A stretch of DNA of 64,000 bases from an uncultured Smithella sp. (GTDB lineage Bacteria > Desulfobacterota > Syntrophia > Syntrophales > Smithellaceae), in the NCBI GenBank assembly GCA_964491435.1, contig CAZBGE010000001.1, forward strand, positions 2,164-66,163, read 5' to 3'. Positions 39,966 to 50,388 of this stretch are shown piece after piece. The position numbers and the translations under genes were made by a program. Within the stretch, counting starts at the first letter, position 1. Each line of letters begins with the position of its first letter. A model generated the notes under the pieces. The model searched no databases. It was given only the letters and a program-made list of their open reading frames with translations, and was not told the origin of the DNA.

Positions 39966-40556
39966 CTAATCCTGATGCTTTCCCGGTTCCGGTTTGACCA
40001 GACCCTTGATGATGGACGTGCCGTATTCCCTGCCCGTATTAAAGGCATGAAGATTGTTGTCTTTTGTGGAAGGAGGAACGGAATCCAGAACGGCTTTCTT
40101 TAGCGCTTCGGCATGAACCAGAGGTTCGACGGCGGACAGAAATCCCAGCATGACGATATTGGCCATCATCTTGGTTCCGAGCCCTTCGGCAAAGCGGGTG
40201 GCGGGAATATGAAATGTTTTAAAATGCATGTCTCCTTTGCGGGTATGCACCAGGTCGGTATCCCAGATCAGCGTTCCTTCCGGCCGCAGGGATTTGACGT
40301 TTTTCATGTAGGCTTCCTGACTCATGCAGACCAGGATTTCCGGCTCTTCCACGCAGGGAAAAAGGATTTCCTCGCCGCTGATGATCACCTGACTGGAGCA
40401 GGCGCCGCCGCGCGCTTCTGGCCCGTAGTTCTGCGTCATGGTGGCGTGCTTGTGGTCGTAAATTGTCGCCGCCTTGCCCAGAATGTCTCCGGCCAGAACA
40501 ATGCCCTGGCCGCCGAAACCAGTGAATATAATATGTCTTTCCCGCGTGTCCGGCAT
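39966..40556 (-). CDS. 2-oxoacid:ferredoxin oxidoreductase, gamma subunit
   Basis: 196 aa. FTGFGGQGIVLAGDILG is typical of the gamma subunit. It is the last gene of a delta-alpha-beta-gamma operon (OorDABC-like order). Confidence 0.85.
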   Translation of the reverse strand: MPDTRERHIIFTGFGGQGIVLAGDILGKAATIYDHKHATMTQNYGPEARGGACSSQVIISGEEILFPCVEEPEILVCMSQEAYMKNVKSLRPEGTLIWDTDLVHTRKGDMHFKTFHIPATRFAEGLGTKMMANIVMLGFLSAVEPLVHAEALKKAVLDSVPPSTKDNNLHAFNTGREYGTSIIKGLVKPEPGKHQD

Positions 40557-40561
40557 GGTTC

Positions 40562-41446
40562 TTACCGTCCTTTCTGAGTATCAGGATGCATGGAACGCCA
40601 CTGCGGCATCTGAGAACGGTTGAATTTTTCGTAGTGATCCGTGAAAGTGGGGCGTTCGATATCGACAAATTTTCCCACCACAATTTCCCTGTCAATATCC
40701 ATGGACGCATCTTTGGGATCAATATCGCCGCGGATGACCGAACGGCCCTGATAAAATTTCAGCATTTCCAGCGCGCTGCCCATGCGGTTGCGCCGTCCGA
40801 AAGAGGACGGGCAGGGGGTGATGACTTCGACAAAACTGAAGCCGCGTTTTTCCAGCGCCTCACTGATGGAACTCCGCAGCGACCGCACCTGCATCGCCGT
40901 CCATCGGGCCACATAGGTCGCCCCGCAGGCGGATGCCAGATAGCTGAAATTGAACGGTTCCTCCGGCGAACCATTGACGGAGGTGGTGGTCTTGGCTCCC
41001 AGCGGCGTACTGGGCGCCTGCTGGCCGCCCGTCATCCCGTAGTTGAGATTATTGACGCAAATAACCGTTAAATCCATGTTCCGGCGCGCGGCATGAATAA
41101 AATGATTGCCGCCGATGGCAAAAAGATCTCCGTCCCCGGAAACGACAATCACCTTTGTTTCGGGACGGGCCAGCTTCAGCCCCGTGGCAAACGGGAGCGC
41201 CCGGCCGTGCGTGGTGTGAAACGAATCCAGCCTGATATAACCGGCCATGCGGCCGGTGCAGCCGATGCCGGACACCATGGCGATAGTATTCGGATCCCAT
41301 CCGGTATTTTTAATCGCGGCCAGCACCGCTCCGAAAACCGTGCCGATGCCGCAGCCCGGACACCAGATATGCGGAATTCTTTCCGTTCTGAGCAGGGAAT
41401 CCATCGGGTGGGGCGGAAGATTTCTAACTGGTTTTGTTGTTGTCAT
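40562..41446 (-). CDS. 2-oxoacid:ferredoxin oxidoreductase, beta (ThDP-binding) subunit
   Basis: 294 aa with WCPGCG near the N-terminus and the GDGD...NN ThDP-binding motif (VVSGDGDLFAIGGNHF...CVNNLNYGMTGGQ). Confidence 0.9.
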   Translation of the reverse strand: MTTTKPVRNLPPHPMDSLLRTERIPHIWCPGCGIGTVFGAVLAAIKNTGWDPNTIAMVSGIGCTGRMAGYIRLDSFHTTHGRALPFATGLKLARPETKVIVVSGDGDLFAIGGNHFIHAARRNMDLTVICVNNLNYGMTGGQQAPSTPLGAKTTTSVNGSPEEPFNFSYLASACGATYVARWTAMQVRSLRSSISEALEKRGFSFVEVITPCPSSFGRRNRMGSALEMLKFYQGRSVIRGDIDPKDASMDIDREIVVGKFVDIERPTFTDHYEKFNRSQMPQWRSMHPDTQKGR

Positions 41447-42603
41447 ATAGTTCCTTTTGCCGCTTTGGCAATAGCATTCTGAATCAGGCCGGGATGGAGA
41501 ATCGCGCCGCCGTAATTGGATAACAGACTCACCGGGCAGGCGCCGCCCGCACAGCGTTCAAGCTCCAGAACCATCTGACCGCCGTTGATCTCCGCCATGA
41601 TCATGGCTTTTACATGAGGGGCGACGCTCCGGATGAGTTCCTCGGGAAACGGCCAGACGGTCTCCAGCTTGATCAATCCCGCTTTGATGCCTTCGTTGCG
41701 GGCATTGCGGACGGCCTGCATGGCTGAACGGGCGCTGATGCCGTAGGAAACCACGACGATCTCCGCGTCATCCAGGAACAGATTTTTTGTGCGAATGATT
41801 TTTTCAAGGTTATTGCGGATTTTATCGACCAGACGGGCGACCATCCGTTCCTGCCCTTTGGCATCCATCGCCGGGTAACCCCGATCGTCATGGGTCAGGC
41901 CGGTCACGTGGACACGGTAACCGTCGCCGCAGTTGGCCATCGGCGCAATGCCGTCGGCATCCGCTTCATAGGGAAGATAATCTTCCCGGGAAACGACGGG
42001 CTTGCGCCGGTTGATAATTTCAATTTCATCCTCGCGGGGAATGACGACCCGTTCATTCATGTGTCCTACCACTTCATCGGCCATAATCAGCACGGGCAGA
42101 CGGTAGTACTCGCTGAGATTGAATGCGCGGATGGTCATGTCAAACATTTCCTGCGGGCTCGCCGGGCAAAGCGCGATGATTTCGTAATGCCCGTGAGACC
42201 CCCAGCGCGCCTGCATCATGTCTCCCTGGGCCACCAGGGTGGGAAGTCCCGTGCTCGGACCTCCCCGCTGGACGTTGCAGACCACGCAGGGCGTTTCCGT
42301 GCAGATCCCCAGGCCGATATTTTCCATCATCAGGGAAAATCCGGGGCCCGATGTGCTGGTCATGGATTTAACCCCGCCCCAGCTGGCGCCCAGAATGGCC
42401 GCCATCGAAGCGATTTCATCTTCCATCTGGATGAAAATGCCGCCCACCTGGGGCAGCCGCCGTGACATGGATTCCGCGATTTCCGTCGCTGGTGTAATCG
42501 GATATCCGGCAAAAAAACGGCAACCGGCGGCCAGCGCTCCCTCGCAGCAGGCCTCATCGCCGTTCATGAAATGCATTCCTGTTAAAACTTCTTTTGCAAC
42601 CAA
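41443..42603 (-). CDS. 2-oxoacid:ferredoxin oxidoreductase, alpha subunit
   Basis: 386 aa with GYPITPATEI and TSGPGFSLMMENIG motifs. The stop overlaps the beta-subunit start by 4 nt. Confidence 0.9.
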   Translation of the reverse strand: MVAKEVLTGMHFMNGDEACCEGALAAGCRFFAGYPITPATEIAESMSRRLPQVGGIFIQMEDEIASMAAILGASWGGVKSMTSTSGPGFSLMMENIGLGICTETPCVVCNVQRGGPSTGLPTLVAQGDMMQARWGSHGHYEIIALCPASPQEMFDMTIRAFNLSEYYRLPVLIMADEVVGHMNERVVIPREDEIEIINRRKPVVSREDYLPYEADADGIAPMANCGDGYRVHVTGLTHDDRGYPAMDAKGQERMVARLVDKIRNNLEKIIRTKNLFLDDAEIVVVSYGISARSAMQAVRNARNEGIKAGLIKLETVWPFPEELIRSVAPHVKAMIMAEINGGQMVLELERCAGGACPVSLLSNYGGAILHPGLIQNAIAKAAKGTI

Positions 42604-42622
42604 AACCTGTCTCCTTCAACCT

Positions 42623-42931
42623 TTATTCAATAAGGTCGTCATATTCAATGCTGTAAATGGCAAACTCCGGACAGAGAACTTCGCAGAAATGGCAGTTAAC
42701 GCACCTTGTGGCGTCATTCACTTCGGGAGGGTGGTAACCTTTTTTGTTAAAAGAGGTTGAAAAACGCAGTACCTGCCGGGGGCAATTGGCAATGCAAAAG
42801 CCGCAACCCTTGCAGCGGTCTTCAATGACAACAACCTGTCCCAGCTTTTTTTTCCGGGATCCGTTGATATTTTCCGGATTTATTGGATATTTTTTTGTTT
42901 TCTGCATTGATTCAATATATTTCTCCTGCAT
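42623..42931 (-). CDS. 2-oxoacid:ferredoxin oxidoreductase, delta subunit (2x[4Fe-4S] ferredoxin)
   Basis: 102 aa with two CxxCxxCxxxCP clusters (CKGCGFCIANCP, CVNCHFCEVLCP). Confidence 0.88.
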   Translation of the reverse strand: MQEKYIESMQKTKKYPINPENINGSRKKKLGQVVVIEDRCKGCGFCIANCPRQVLRFSTSFNKKGYHPPEVNDATRCVNCHFCEVLCPEFAIYSIEYDDLIE

Positions 42932-43509
42932 AAGGAGAGTTACACAAGGAGACCCGCCCGATGGATTTTATTTGTCTGATGATTGAGGACTTTTGTCAAA
43001 ACCCGGTCCCTAAAGCGCCAAACTCCATCAAATGCGCACAAAGTTGCATGCTGGGCCTTATAAGAATAAGGAGGCGCTGTCAAGGAAAAACGTCCCTGTG
43101 CGTGGGCAAAACCGTCCGGGCATTCGTCCATTGCCGCCGTTCTTCATAAAAATGTTTTCCCCCAACTTTGCTAATCCTGTTGCCTGAAGCAAATCCCTGT
43201 CTACCGCCGGTCATTTGCCCAATCTCATATGCGGCTTTCCGAACTTTTTTCTTCGGTTTCCGGAAGAAGGGCAACGCTATTTCAACGATGTCATTGCAAA
43301 CTCAAAAAACGTGATTTGCCCCGACGTTGTTCGCCATATTGTCAACCATCGAAAATTTTATTGTCGTCACATGCCCGGCAGGCGGGAGACTGCCGCAAAA
43401 AATTAAATATTGTTTTGACTTTATTCGGTTTTTAAATTAATGGATGAGAGCTTTAAATTGTAAAATAAGTAAATTAATTTCCTGAACTTTAACTTTTTCG
43501 GAGGGGAAA

Positions 43510-46083
43510 ATGATTATTGAAAAATTTTCAATGAAGGCCCAGGAAGTCATTGAAAGCGCCTGCCGTCTGGCCGTTAAAAGAGACCATGAATATGTTACGC
43601 CATGGCATATGTTTTCCGTTTTGCTCGGAGAAGATCTTAAAAGATATTATCTGTCCAATTTAAAAGTGGATTTTGATTTGCTAGCTGCTCGCGCCGACGG
43701 CAAGCTTCTTACCCAGCCGAAAGGCAAGGCGGGCAATACGCAGACACCCATCAACCGCGATCTGGAGAAAGTTTTTATCATCGCCGAGGAGGCGAGCCAG
43801 AAAACAAAATCCAAATATATCGGAATCAACCATATACTTATCGGTCTTCTGGATCAGGAAGAAATCGCCCAGGCCTTTACGGAAGCCGGCGTAGATAAAA
43901 CAGAATTGATGGCGGCGCTTGAGCAACCGCCAAAAGGAAGGTTTGCAAAAGGCGAGGAGGGAACCGGAGATTTTGAATACCTGGCTAAATATTCAACAGA
44001 CATGACAGATAAAGCCCGGCGGGGATTAATGGATCCCGTAATTGGACGTGAAAAGGAAATCCGCTTTACCATTCAAATTCTCAGCCGGCGCATGAAGAAC
44101 AACGCCATCATTATCGGAGAACCGGGAGTGGGGAAGACCGCGATTGTGGAAGCGCTTGCCCAACATATCGTAAACGGAGATGTTCCGGACGATCTGAAGA
44201 CTGTGTCAATTTTATCTCTGGACATGGGGCAACTGATTGCCGGCGCTAAGTACCGGGGTGAATTTGAAGAACGCTTTAAAAGGGTTCTGCAGGAGGTGAC
44301 GGATGCCGGAAACGTCATTTTGTTTATTGACGAAATTCACATGCTGATTGGCGCGGGCGGCCAGGAAGGATCCATGGACGCGGCCAATTTGATCAAACCG
44401 GCTTTATCGCGGGGTGAAATCCGCTGCGTTGGCGCGACGACTTTGCAGGAATACCGGAAACACATCGAGAAGGACACCGCCCTGATGCGGCGTTTTCAGA
44501 CGGTCCTGGTTGATGAGCCGGCTATTGACGAAACCGTTACGATTCTTAGAGGCATCAAGGAAAAATACGAAGTTCATCATGGTGTTCATATTCAGGATGC
44601 GGCGCTGATTTCCGCCGCGAAGCTTTCCAAACGTTATGTCATGGACAGGTTCCTGCCCGACAAAGCCGTGGATCTGATTGATCAAACAGCTGCGTCGGTT
44701 CGTATTGGGCTTTCCTCCAAACCGGAAGAGATTGACGAAATAGATCGCCGGATCGTGAATCTGGAAATTGAGATTCGCGCTCTCAAGGACGATACGGACA
44801 GCGAGTCCCTGGAAAGGTTGAAAAAACTCAATGAAGAAATAGCTGGACTCAGGGAGAAAAGCAAAAGCATGACGGATAAATGGGAAAAAGAAAAGAATGC
44901 CCTGTCTGCCGTGCAAAAAGCAACAAAAGAGCTGGAAGAAGCCAAACGGGAAATGGAGTTGAAAGTCAGGGCGGAGGATTTTTCACGGGTGGCCGAGTTG
45001 CAATATAAAATCATTCCGGAATTAAATAAAACCATCTCTGAATATGCGGATATTGACTTATCCGATAACCGTTACCTGCAGCGTTCCATCTCCGGAGACG
45101 ATATCGCCGATACGGTATCGCGAATTACGGGTATTCCTGTTTCCAAAATGATGGGATCGGAGAAAGATAAGCTGCTGCATCTCGAAGACCATTTAAGAGA
45201 TCGCGTCATCGGTCAAGATCACGCGCTGGCCGCCATTGCTAAAGCAGTGCGCCGTTCACGCGCCGGCGTGCAAAGTCCGAACCGTCCGATTGCCTCTTTT
45301 TTAATGCTGGGTCCCACCGGTGTTGGCAAAACGGAAGTCTGTAAGGCGCTGGCGGAATTCATGTTCGACGATGAAAACGCGCTGGTCCGCATTGACATGA
45401 GCGAGTTTATGGAAAAGCACTCCGTGGCCCGGCTGATCGGCGCGCCTCCGGGCTATGTCGGGTACGAAGAAGGCGGCGTTTTAACCAACGCCGTGCGCCG
45501 GAAACCTTACAGCGTCATTCTTTTCGATGAAGTTGAAAAAGGACATGCCGACGTCTTTAATCTTTTTCTGCAGTTGTTGGATGACGGAAGGCTTACGGAC
45601 AGCCAGGGGCAAACGGTGAATTTTTCCAATACGGTTGTTTTGATGACCTCGAATCTCGGTTCCGCGGATATTCAGCCTGCGGAAACCGAGGAAGAGGCGC
45701 AGGAAATGAACGCAAGAATCATGGACGCCGTCCGATCACACTTTCGGCCGGAATTCATCAACCGGCTTGATGATATTTTAATTTTCAAACAGCTGACCAT
45801 GGAGGGCATGAAATCTATCGCCCAGATCCAAATGCGCAATCTTATTAAGCTGCTGGCGGAAAAAAATATCAAGATTAAAGTCACGGATGAAGGATTGGAA
45901 CAGTTGTCCAAACTCGGCTTTAATCCGCTGATGGGGGCAAGACCGCTGAAGAGAGTTATCCAGACCCATATCCAGGATCCGCTGGCGGAAGATATTATTG
46001 ATGGCAGGATTCAGCCGGGCAATACAGTGGATATAAAAGTGGAAGATGAAAAATTTGTTATGGAGTCTGAAAACGGTGAATAG
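43510..46083 (+). CDS. clpB: AAA+ disaggregase ClpB (full-length, with long M-domain)
   Basis: 857 aa, collinear with E. coli ClpB. It has two Walker A motifs ([21 protein letters not shown]), a long coiled-coil M-domain ending in [11 protein letters not shown], and RPEFINRLD / GARPLKR at the C-terminus. Confidence 0.9.
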   Translation: MIIEKFSMKAQEVIESACRLAVKRDHEYVTPWHMFSVLLGEDLKRYYLSNLKVDFDLLAARADGKLLTQPKGKAGNTQTPINRDLEKVFIIAEEASQKTKSKYIGINHILIGLLDQEEIAQAFTEAGVDKTELMAALEQPPKGRFAKGEEGTGDFEYLAKYSTDMTDKARRGLMDPVIGREKEIRFTIQILSRRMKNNAIIIGEPGVGKTAIVEALAQHIVNGDVPDDLKTVSILSLDMGQLIAGAKYRGEFEERFKRVLQEVTDAGNVILFIDEIHMLIGAGGQEGSMDAANLIKPALSRGEIRCVGATTLQEYRKHIEKDTALMRRFQTVLVDEPAIDETVTILRGIKEKYEVHHGVHIQDAALISAAKLSKRYVMDRFLPDKAVDLIDQTAASVRIGLSSKPEEIDEIDRRIVNLEIEIRALKDDTDSESLERLKKLNEEIAGLREKSKSMTDKWEKEKNALSAVQKATKELEEAKREMELKVRAEDFSRVAELQYKIIPELNKTISEYADIDLSDNRYLQRSISGDDIADTVSRITGIPVSKMMGSEKDKLLHLEDHLRDRVIGQDHALAAIAKAVRRSRAGVQSPNRPIASFLMLGPTGVGKTEVCKALAEFMFDDENALVRIDMSEFMEKHSVARLIGAPPGYVGYEEGGVLTNAVRRKPYSVILFDEVEKGHADVFNLFLQLLDDGRLTDSQGQTVNFSNTVVLMTSNLGSADIQPAETEEEAQEMNARIMDAVRSHFRPEFINRLDDILIFKQLTMEGMKSIAQIQMRNLIKLLAEKNIKIKVTDEGLEQLSKLGFNPLMGARPLKRVIQTHIQDPLAEDIIDGRIQPGNTVDIKVEDEKFVMESENGE

Positions 46084-46106
46084 ATAGTGGCTGGAGTGAG
46101 GGAACA

Positions 46107-49100
46107 GTGACAAAGCAAAAAGTAATAGCCGCTGCAGAAAATACGTTTTGGAATGACTGGTCATTGATTCTTATTGCCGTCGGCGTTGTCTTGCTTTTGC
46201 TGCTTATTGCGGGAATTATCTTTTACATCAGAAAAAGAAAAAAAGAAAAAGAGGCGAAAAATCCTCCGGAACCCAAAAAAGCAGCGATGAAATCTTCCGC
46301 CCTGAGAAAAATATGGAAGAGTTTTCTGAAAGAAATACCGGGTGATTTGCGCCGCCGCATGATGGTTTTCGATCACTTTGTCGTTTTTGGCGGATGGGGA
46401 GTCGGTAAAACTCTGCTGATTGACAATTATACCGACTGGCAGGGTTATGCCAGAGAGTTTTACCCCAGTTACACCACAAATCCTCTGCTGCAGATTTATC
46501 TCGGTTCCAAGGTGCTGGTGCAGGAAATTCCGGCGGCTCTGGTTTCCGATACCACGGCCCCGGTAAGAAAAGCGCTGCTGAAACTCTGGACGCCCATCTT
46601 TCGGCATAAAGCGCCGACGGTTGTTGTAGTTCTAAGCGGCGCCGGTAATGGAGACGAGGAAAATTACATTGATTACCTGACAAAAGAAGCTCAGTATATT
46701 CGGGGGAAAATCAATCTTTTAAGCGGAATATGCCAAAAACCGGTCAAGGTGCGCATTGCCGTAACCCATCTTGATTTAATGGAAGGTTTTTCTGAATTTT
46801 CTGAATATCTTGTAAAAAAAAGCTTTCCCCTGAAAATGCATTTTTCGTCCAATGACGATATCGCCGAATTGTCCAAAGGACTGGAGCCGTTTGAAAAATA
46901 TCTGACCGATGCTCTGGTTACGCTTCCCGCCGATAAGTATCTGAGGACGATTTCTTTTTTACGTCAGTCGCCGAAGATTTTTGAGTATTTAAAATTCTTT
47001 GCCGCAAAACTTACCGGGCAGGATCCGCTTTCCGTGGAACCGCAAATTGTTGACGTATGTCTTACTTCGCTGGAAGAAAAACATGTCCGGTTTACGAATC
47101 CATTTTCCGCGCAAATCACCAGAGAACAGTTGGCGAAATACGATCCCTACCAATGGCATCGCCGAACAGCGATGGCGTCTGGTTTTATCGCCGTTGCCTT
47201 GCTCATGGCCTCATTTATCTATGAACTGAATCTGCTTAAAGAACGTCAACTGGCGACATCCGAGGTGGCGTCCTCTTTTTCGGAAGGATACGAAAACAAG
47301 GTGCATGAGCTTCTGCTGGATAATTATTTTAAGAAACATTACTTTCTGAAATTTACCCCCGGTTTTTTTAAGAAGAATCACCATGCTGTCACACGCGCTT
47401 TAATTGAAGCAATTCGCCGCCAGTACTTTTACCCGCGGCTGGACAGCTATGCGCTGGCGACGGAAAAAAAGGATATGATCGGATCGCTCACCAGGCAAAT
47501 GAGCGATCCCGCAAAGCGTTATGTCGAGATTTCCGAAGGCATGCGGGATAAGTACATGTATGTTATCGGGCTGATGTTCGCGACGGACAAAAATGAGCTT
47601 GGAAAACTTATTAAGAGCAATATTCAACATATTTCTGAATCTCTGGCAATTCCGGAGATGATCATTGAAGATTACGTCGCCTATAATCAATCCGAATGGC
47701 CCATTGCCTATGAAATGCCTAATGTTACCATCACCCAGCGGGGTAATTATCTGGAACAACTCGAGAGGATGATTTCTTTCCATGGGAAATTTTATTTTAT
47801 GCATATTGCTCAATTGTATGATCAGCAGCTGATCAGCGAGAGCGAACTGGACGGGCTTTTACACGAAAGCGACCATTTTCTCATGATCATCAGGCAGTAT
47901 GATATTCACAATTTTTACATCAAGCTTATGGAGTTGATTAAACGGGAAACGAATTTAATCATCAATATGGATGAACAGGGGCCCAGGCAATTCGGATGGC
48001 AAAAAGACAAAATCGAGCAGTTTCTTATTTTTATCAAGGGATCTTCGCTGGAACCGCCGCAAAAGCCTGAAAACCTGAAATTTGCAGGCTTGGCTGAAAA
48101 CATCAACATGATGCTCAACTACAACAAGCTCAAAACGGACTATAAATTCAAGTTTTCATTCGGCGCCGAAGAATTTGTTTTCAGCGCCCAGCAATGGAAT
48201 GATACTTTAAACCGAAGCAAGATATGCGTTTTCATGCGCCGGGCTATTGCTTATTACAAAACACCGAATGGGACTCTCTTTTTCCCATCTGAATATGATT
48301 TCGAAGATATTGTAATGAATCCGACCAATGACGGCGGTTTTCTTTTCGTCGGCAAAGCCAGAGTGGATAAAAGATTTACAAAGAACGCATTGGAAAGATA
48401 TGTGAAGCCACAAGTCACGGATTTACCTGTTTTGATTAAAAGTCTTCCGGTGCCCGATAAAGACAGAAATGATTTTCTGAGCTTCCTGCGCCGGGAGGTG
48501 GATTTTTACGCTCAGATGTACGCCGATTCCTATCGCAAATTTTACCTGCAGTTTGATATCCAGATTAATTCCGCTGGCGCTCTTCGTTTTGCCTTGAATC
48601 AAATGTTTGAACCTTCTTCTTCCTTTATGACTTTTCTCCAGACGATCAAGGAAAATACCCAGGTTGATACGGGCAACAACGAGTATCTGATGATCATTGC
48701 CGGGAAAATGAGGGATTTTGATTTCATCCGAAAACTGCTGGATGAGAAAAACGGTGTTTACCCTGAACTGGATAAATATAAAATACTGCTTGATCAGATG
48801 AAAACGGATCTTCAGCAGGAATCACCGTCGCCGTCAAAGAAAAATGCTGCGGAGGATCCGTTTGTGTTGACCAAAAGCGGACTGACCCCCCTGGGGAAAA
48901 TCGCTTTCGCCATTAACAGAAAAGATAATGATTCGTATCTGGCTTTGACGACTCGCTGGCTGGAAAGCGTGGGAATTTCCAGGCAATGGCGCGACATTTT
49001 TCTTGCGCCGATCTGGACCGCGTATTTTTTGGGAATGAATGATGTTGATCAGGAAATAACGAAATCATGGGCGGACATGATGGAAGAAAACATCAATCCG

Positions 49101-49817
49101 CTCAACAATAAGTTTCCTTTTAATCCACTGGCTGCGGATGAAGCCACACTGGAAGATATTAAAAACGCCACTCATCCGCAAGGGCGCTTCTGGCAGTCGT
49201 ATCAAAAGGCGATTGCGCCTTACTGTTCATTAGAGGGCGGCAAATGGAAAAGCAATCCCGGTCCGTACGGCCTTCCGAATATGCCGCCTAAAATGCTGAT
49301 GACGCTGAATAATATTTCCAGTCTCAGCAAGCTCTTTTGGGACAAGGAAGGCAATGCGCGGCCGCTGGAATACATGGTGAAATCAAACCCGTTGCCCAAA
49401 ATGATGCCGGACGAGCCGACGCCTGTTTTATCGTATGTGACCGTTGGAGCGTCGTCATTTATGTCTTTTAACCAGCAAACAAATTGGGCGCCTCTCAAAA
49501 TTGAATGGCAAAATACCTGCTCGGCGTCTGTGGGGCTAGAACTAATACCGGCGAAAGGCGCGACTAAATACAAAAGCACCATTGAAGTTCCCAGTTCCAA
49601 TTGGTGCTTCTACAAGCTTTTGAAAAAGACTGAGGAATATAAGGACATGGTGCATGCTCCCGCTTCCAGCTCCCCCAAAGGCAGTAGTTATTGGCTGAAA
49701 AATGATATCAGATGGATCATTGACCCCACGTCTGATAAAATCAAGAGTCATCCGATCGAAATTAAACTGACCTTTAAAAAGGACCCCTGGGAGGCGATAA
49801 TTCTTCAAAGATATTAA
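46107..49817 (+). CDS. tssM: T6SS membrane-complex protein TssM (IcmF-like)
   Basis: 1236 aa. N-terminal TM, a P-loop FVVFGGWGVGKTLLI, and RIAVTHLDLMEGFSEF (matching the TssM TK.DLL.GF.EFF block). A second TM lies around residue 355, followed by a large periplasmic region. GTG start 23 nt after the clpB stop. Confidence 0.85.
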   Translation: MTKQKVIAAAENTFWNDWSLILIAVGVVLLLLLIAGIIFYIRKRKKEKEAKNPPEPKKAAMKSSALRKIWKSFLKEIPGDLRRRMMVFDHFVVFGGWGVGKTLLIDNYTDWQGYAREFYPSYTTNPLLQIYLGSKVLVQEIPAALVSDTTAPVRKALLKLWTPIFRHKAPTVVVVLSGAGNGDEENYIDYLTKEAQYIRGKINLLSGICQKPVKVRIAVTHLDLMEGFSEFSEYLVKKSFPLKMHFSSNDDIAELSKGLEPFEKYLTDALVTLPADKYLRTISFLRQSPKIFEYLKFFAAKLTGQDPLSVEPQIVDVCLTSLEEKHVRFTNPFSAQITREQLAKYDPYQWHRRTAMASGFIAVALLMASFIYELNLLKERQLATSEVASSFSEGYENKVHELLLDNYFKKHYFLKFTPGFFKKNHHAVTRALIEAIRRQYFYPRLDSYALATEKKDMIGSLTRQMSDPAKRYVEISEGMRDKYMYVIGLMFATDKNELGKLIKSNIQHISESLAIPEMIIEDYVAYNQSEWPIAYEMPNVTITQRGNYLEQLERMISFHGKFYFMHIAQLYDQQLISESELDGLLHESDHFLMIIRQYDIHNFYIKLMELIKRETNLIINMDEQGPRQFGWQKDKIEQFLIFIKGSSLEPPQKPENLKFAGLAENINMMLNYNKLKTDYKFKFSFGAEEFVFSAQQWNDTLNRSKICVFMRRAIAYYKTPNGTLFFPSEYDFEDIVMNPTNDGGFLFVGKARVDKRFTKNALERYVKPQVTDLPVLIKSLPVPDKDRNDFLSFLRREVDFYAQMYADSYRKFYLQFDIQINSAGALRFALNQMFEPSSSFMTFLQTIKENTQVDTGNNEYLMIIAGKMRDFDFIRKLLDEKNGVYPELDKYKILLDQMKTDLQQESPSPSKKNAAEDPFVLTKSGLTPLGKIAFAINRKDNDSYLALTTRWLESVGISRQWRDIFLAPIWTAYFLGMNDVDQEITKSWADMMEENINPLNNKFPFNPLAADEATLEDIKNATHPQGRFWQSYQKAIAPYCSLEGGKWKSNPGPYGLPNMPPKMLMTLNNISSLSKLFWDKEGNARPLEYMVKSNPLPKMMPDEPTPVLSYVTVGASSFMSFNQQTNWAPLKIEWQNTCSASVGLELIPAKGATKYKSTIEVPSSNWCFYKLLKKTEEYKDMVHAPASSSPKGSSYWLKNDIRWIIDPTSDKIKSHPIEIKLTFKKDPWEAIILQRY

Positions 49818-49870
49818 TGAACAAAGCGAATCTGGGACAGGCGTGTTTTGTCAATAAGATGGAGAAAAAT

Positions 49871-50335
49871 ATGAAGCTCCGCAAATGTAATATAATTACC
49901 TGCTGCCTGAGCATTGTCGCTGTATTTTTTACGGTTGCGATGATGCAGGCCTGCGGCGGACCGAAACATGTTAAAAAGGTCGCCTTCATTTTGAAGGCCG
50001 ATGAACAATCCAACGATGACCGGTCTGTCTATATTGTGATTCGTAAAATAAACCAAAAAGTTTTTCTTGCTGAAAGTTATGATGATGTAGCCAATACCAT
50101 TTTTGCTGAACCGCGTGATCCTTCGCTTCTTGCCGCGCGGATTTTAATGCCCGGACAAGAAGAAAAAATTACTTTGGAAATCATCAAGCCGGATGAAGTG
50201 AACATCGGGGTTTACGGCTTGTTTGCCAATCCTGGGAAAAATTGGAAATTGTTTCTGGAAACTCCTTTGGAATCAAAATATTCGATCAAAGTTACAAACA
50301 GCAATTTGGAGTGCAAGCATATTGTTAGCGAATAA
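49871..50335 (+). CDS. tssJ: T6SS outer-membrane lipoprotein TssJ
   Basis: Signal peptide with a Cys at ...VAMMQAC-GG. The body matches the TssJ/SciN pattern (SVYIVIRKI..., IGVYGLFANPGKNWKLFL). I chose ATG 49871 because a GGAG RBS precedes it. An upstream ATG at 49817 overlaps the tssM stop (TAATG). Confidence 0.75.
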   Translation: MKLRKCNIITCCLSIVAVFFTVAMMQACGGPKHVKKVAFILKADEQSNDDRSVYIVIRKINQKVFLAESYDDVANTIFAEPRDPSLLAARILMPGQEEKITLEIIKPDEVNIGVYGLFANPGKNWKLFLETPLESKYSIKVTNSNLECKHIVSE

Positions 50336-50388
50336 TGAACAACGGTTCCACGCGTCTGATTAAAAATAATGACCCGCTCTGAGGGAAA

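Noticed and set aside
43510-46083. Calling the Clp ATPase next to tssM a ClpV (tssH)
   Set aside because: Its length and end-to-end collinearity match classical ClpB. It also has the long M-domain with the AELQY.IPEL motif, which argues for ClpB proper. I kept the clpB call and reported the adjacency as a finding instead.
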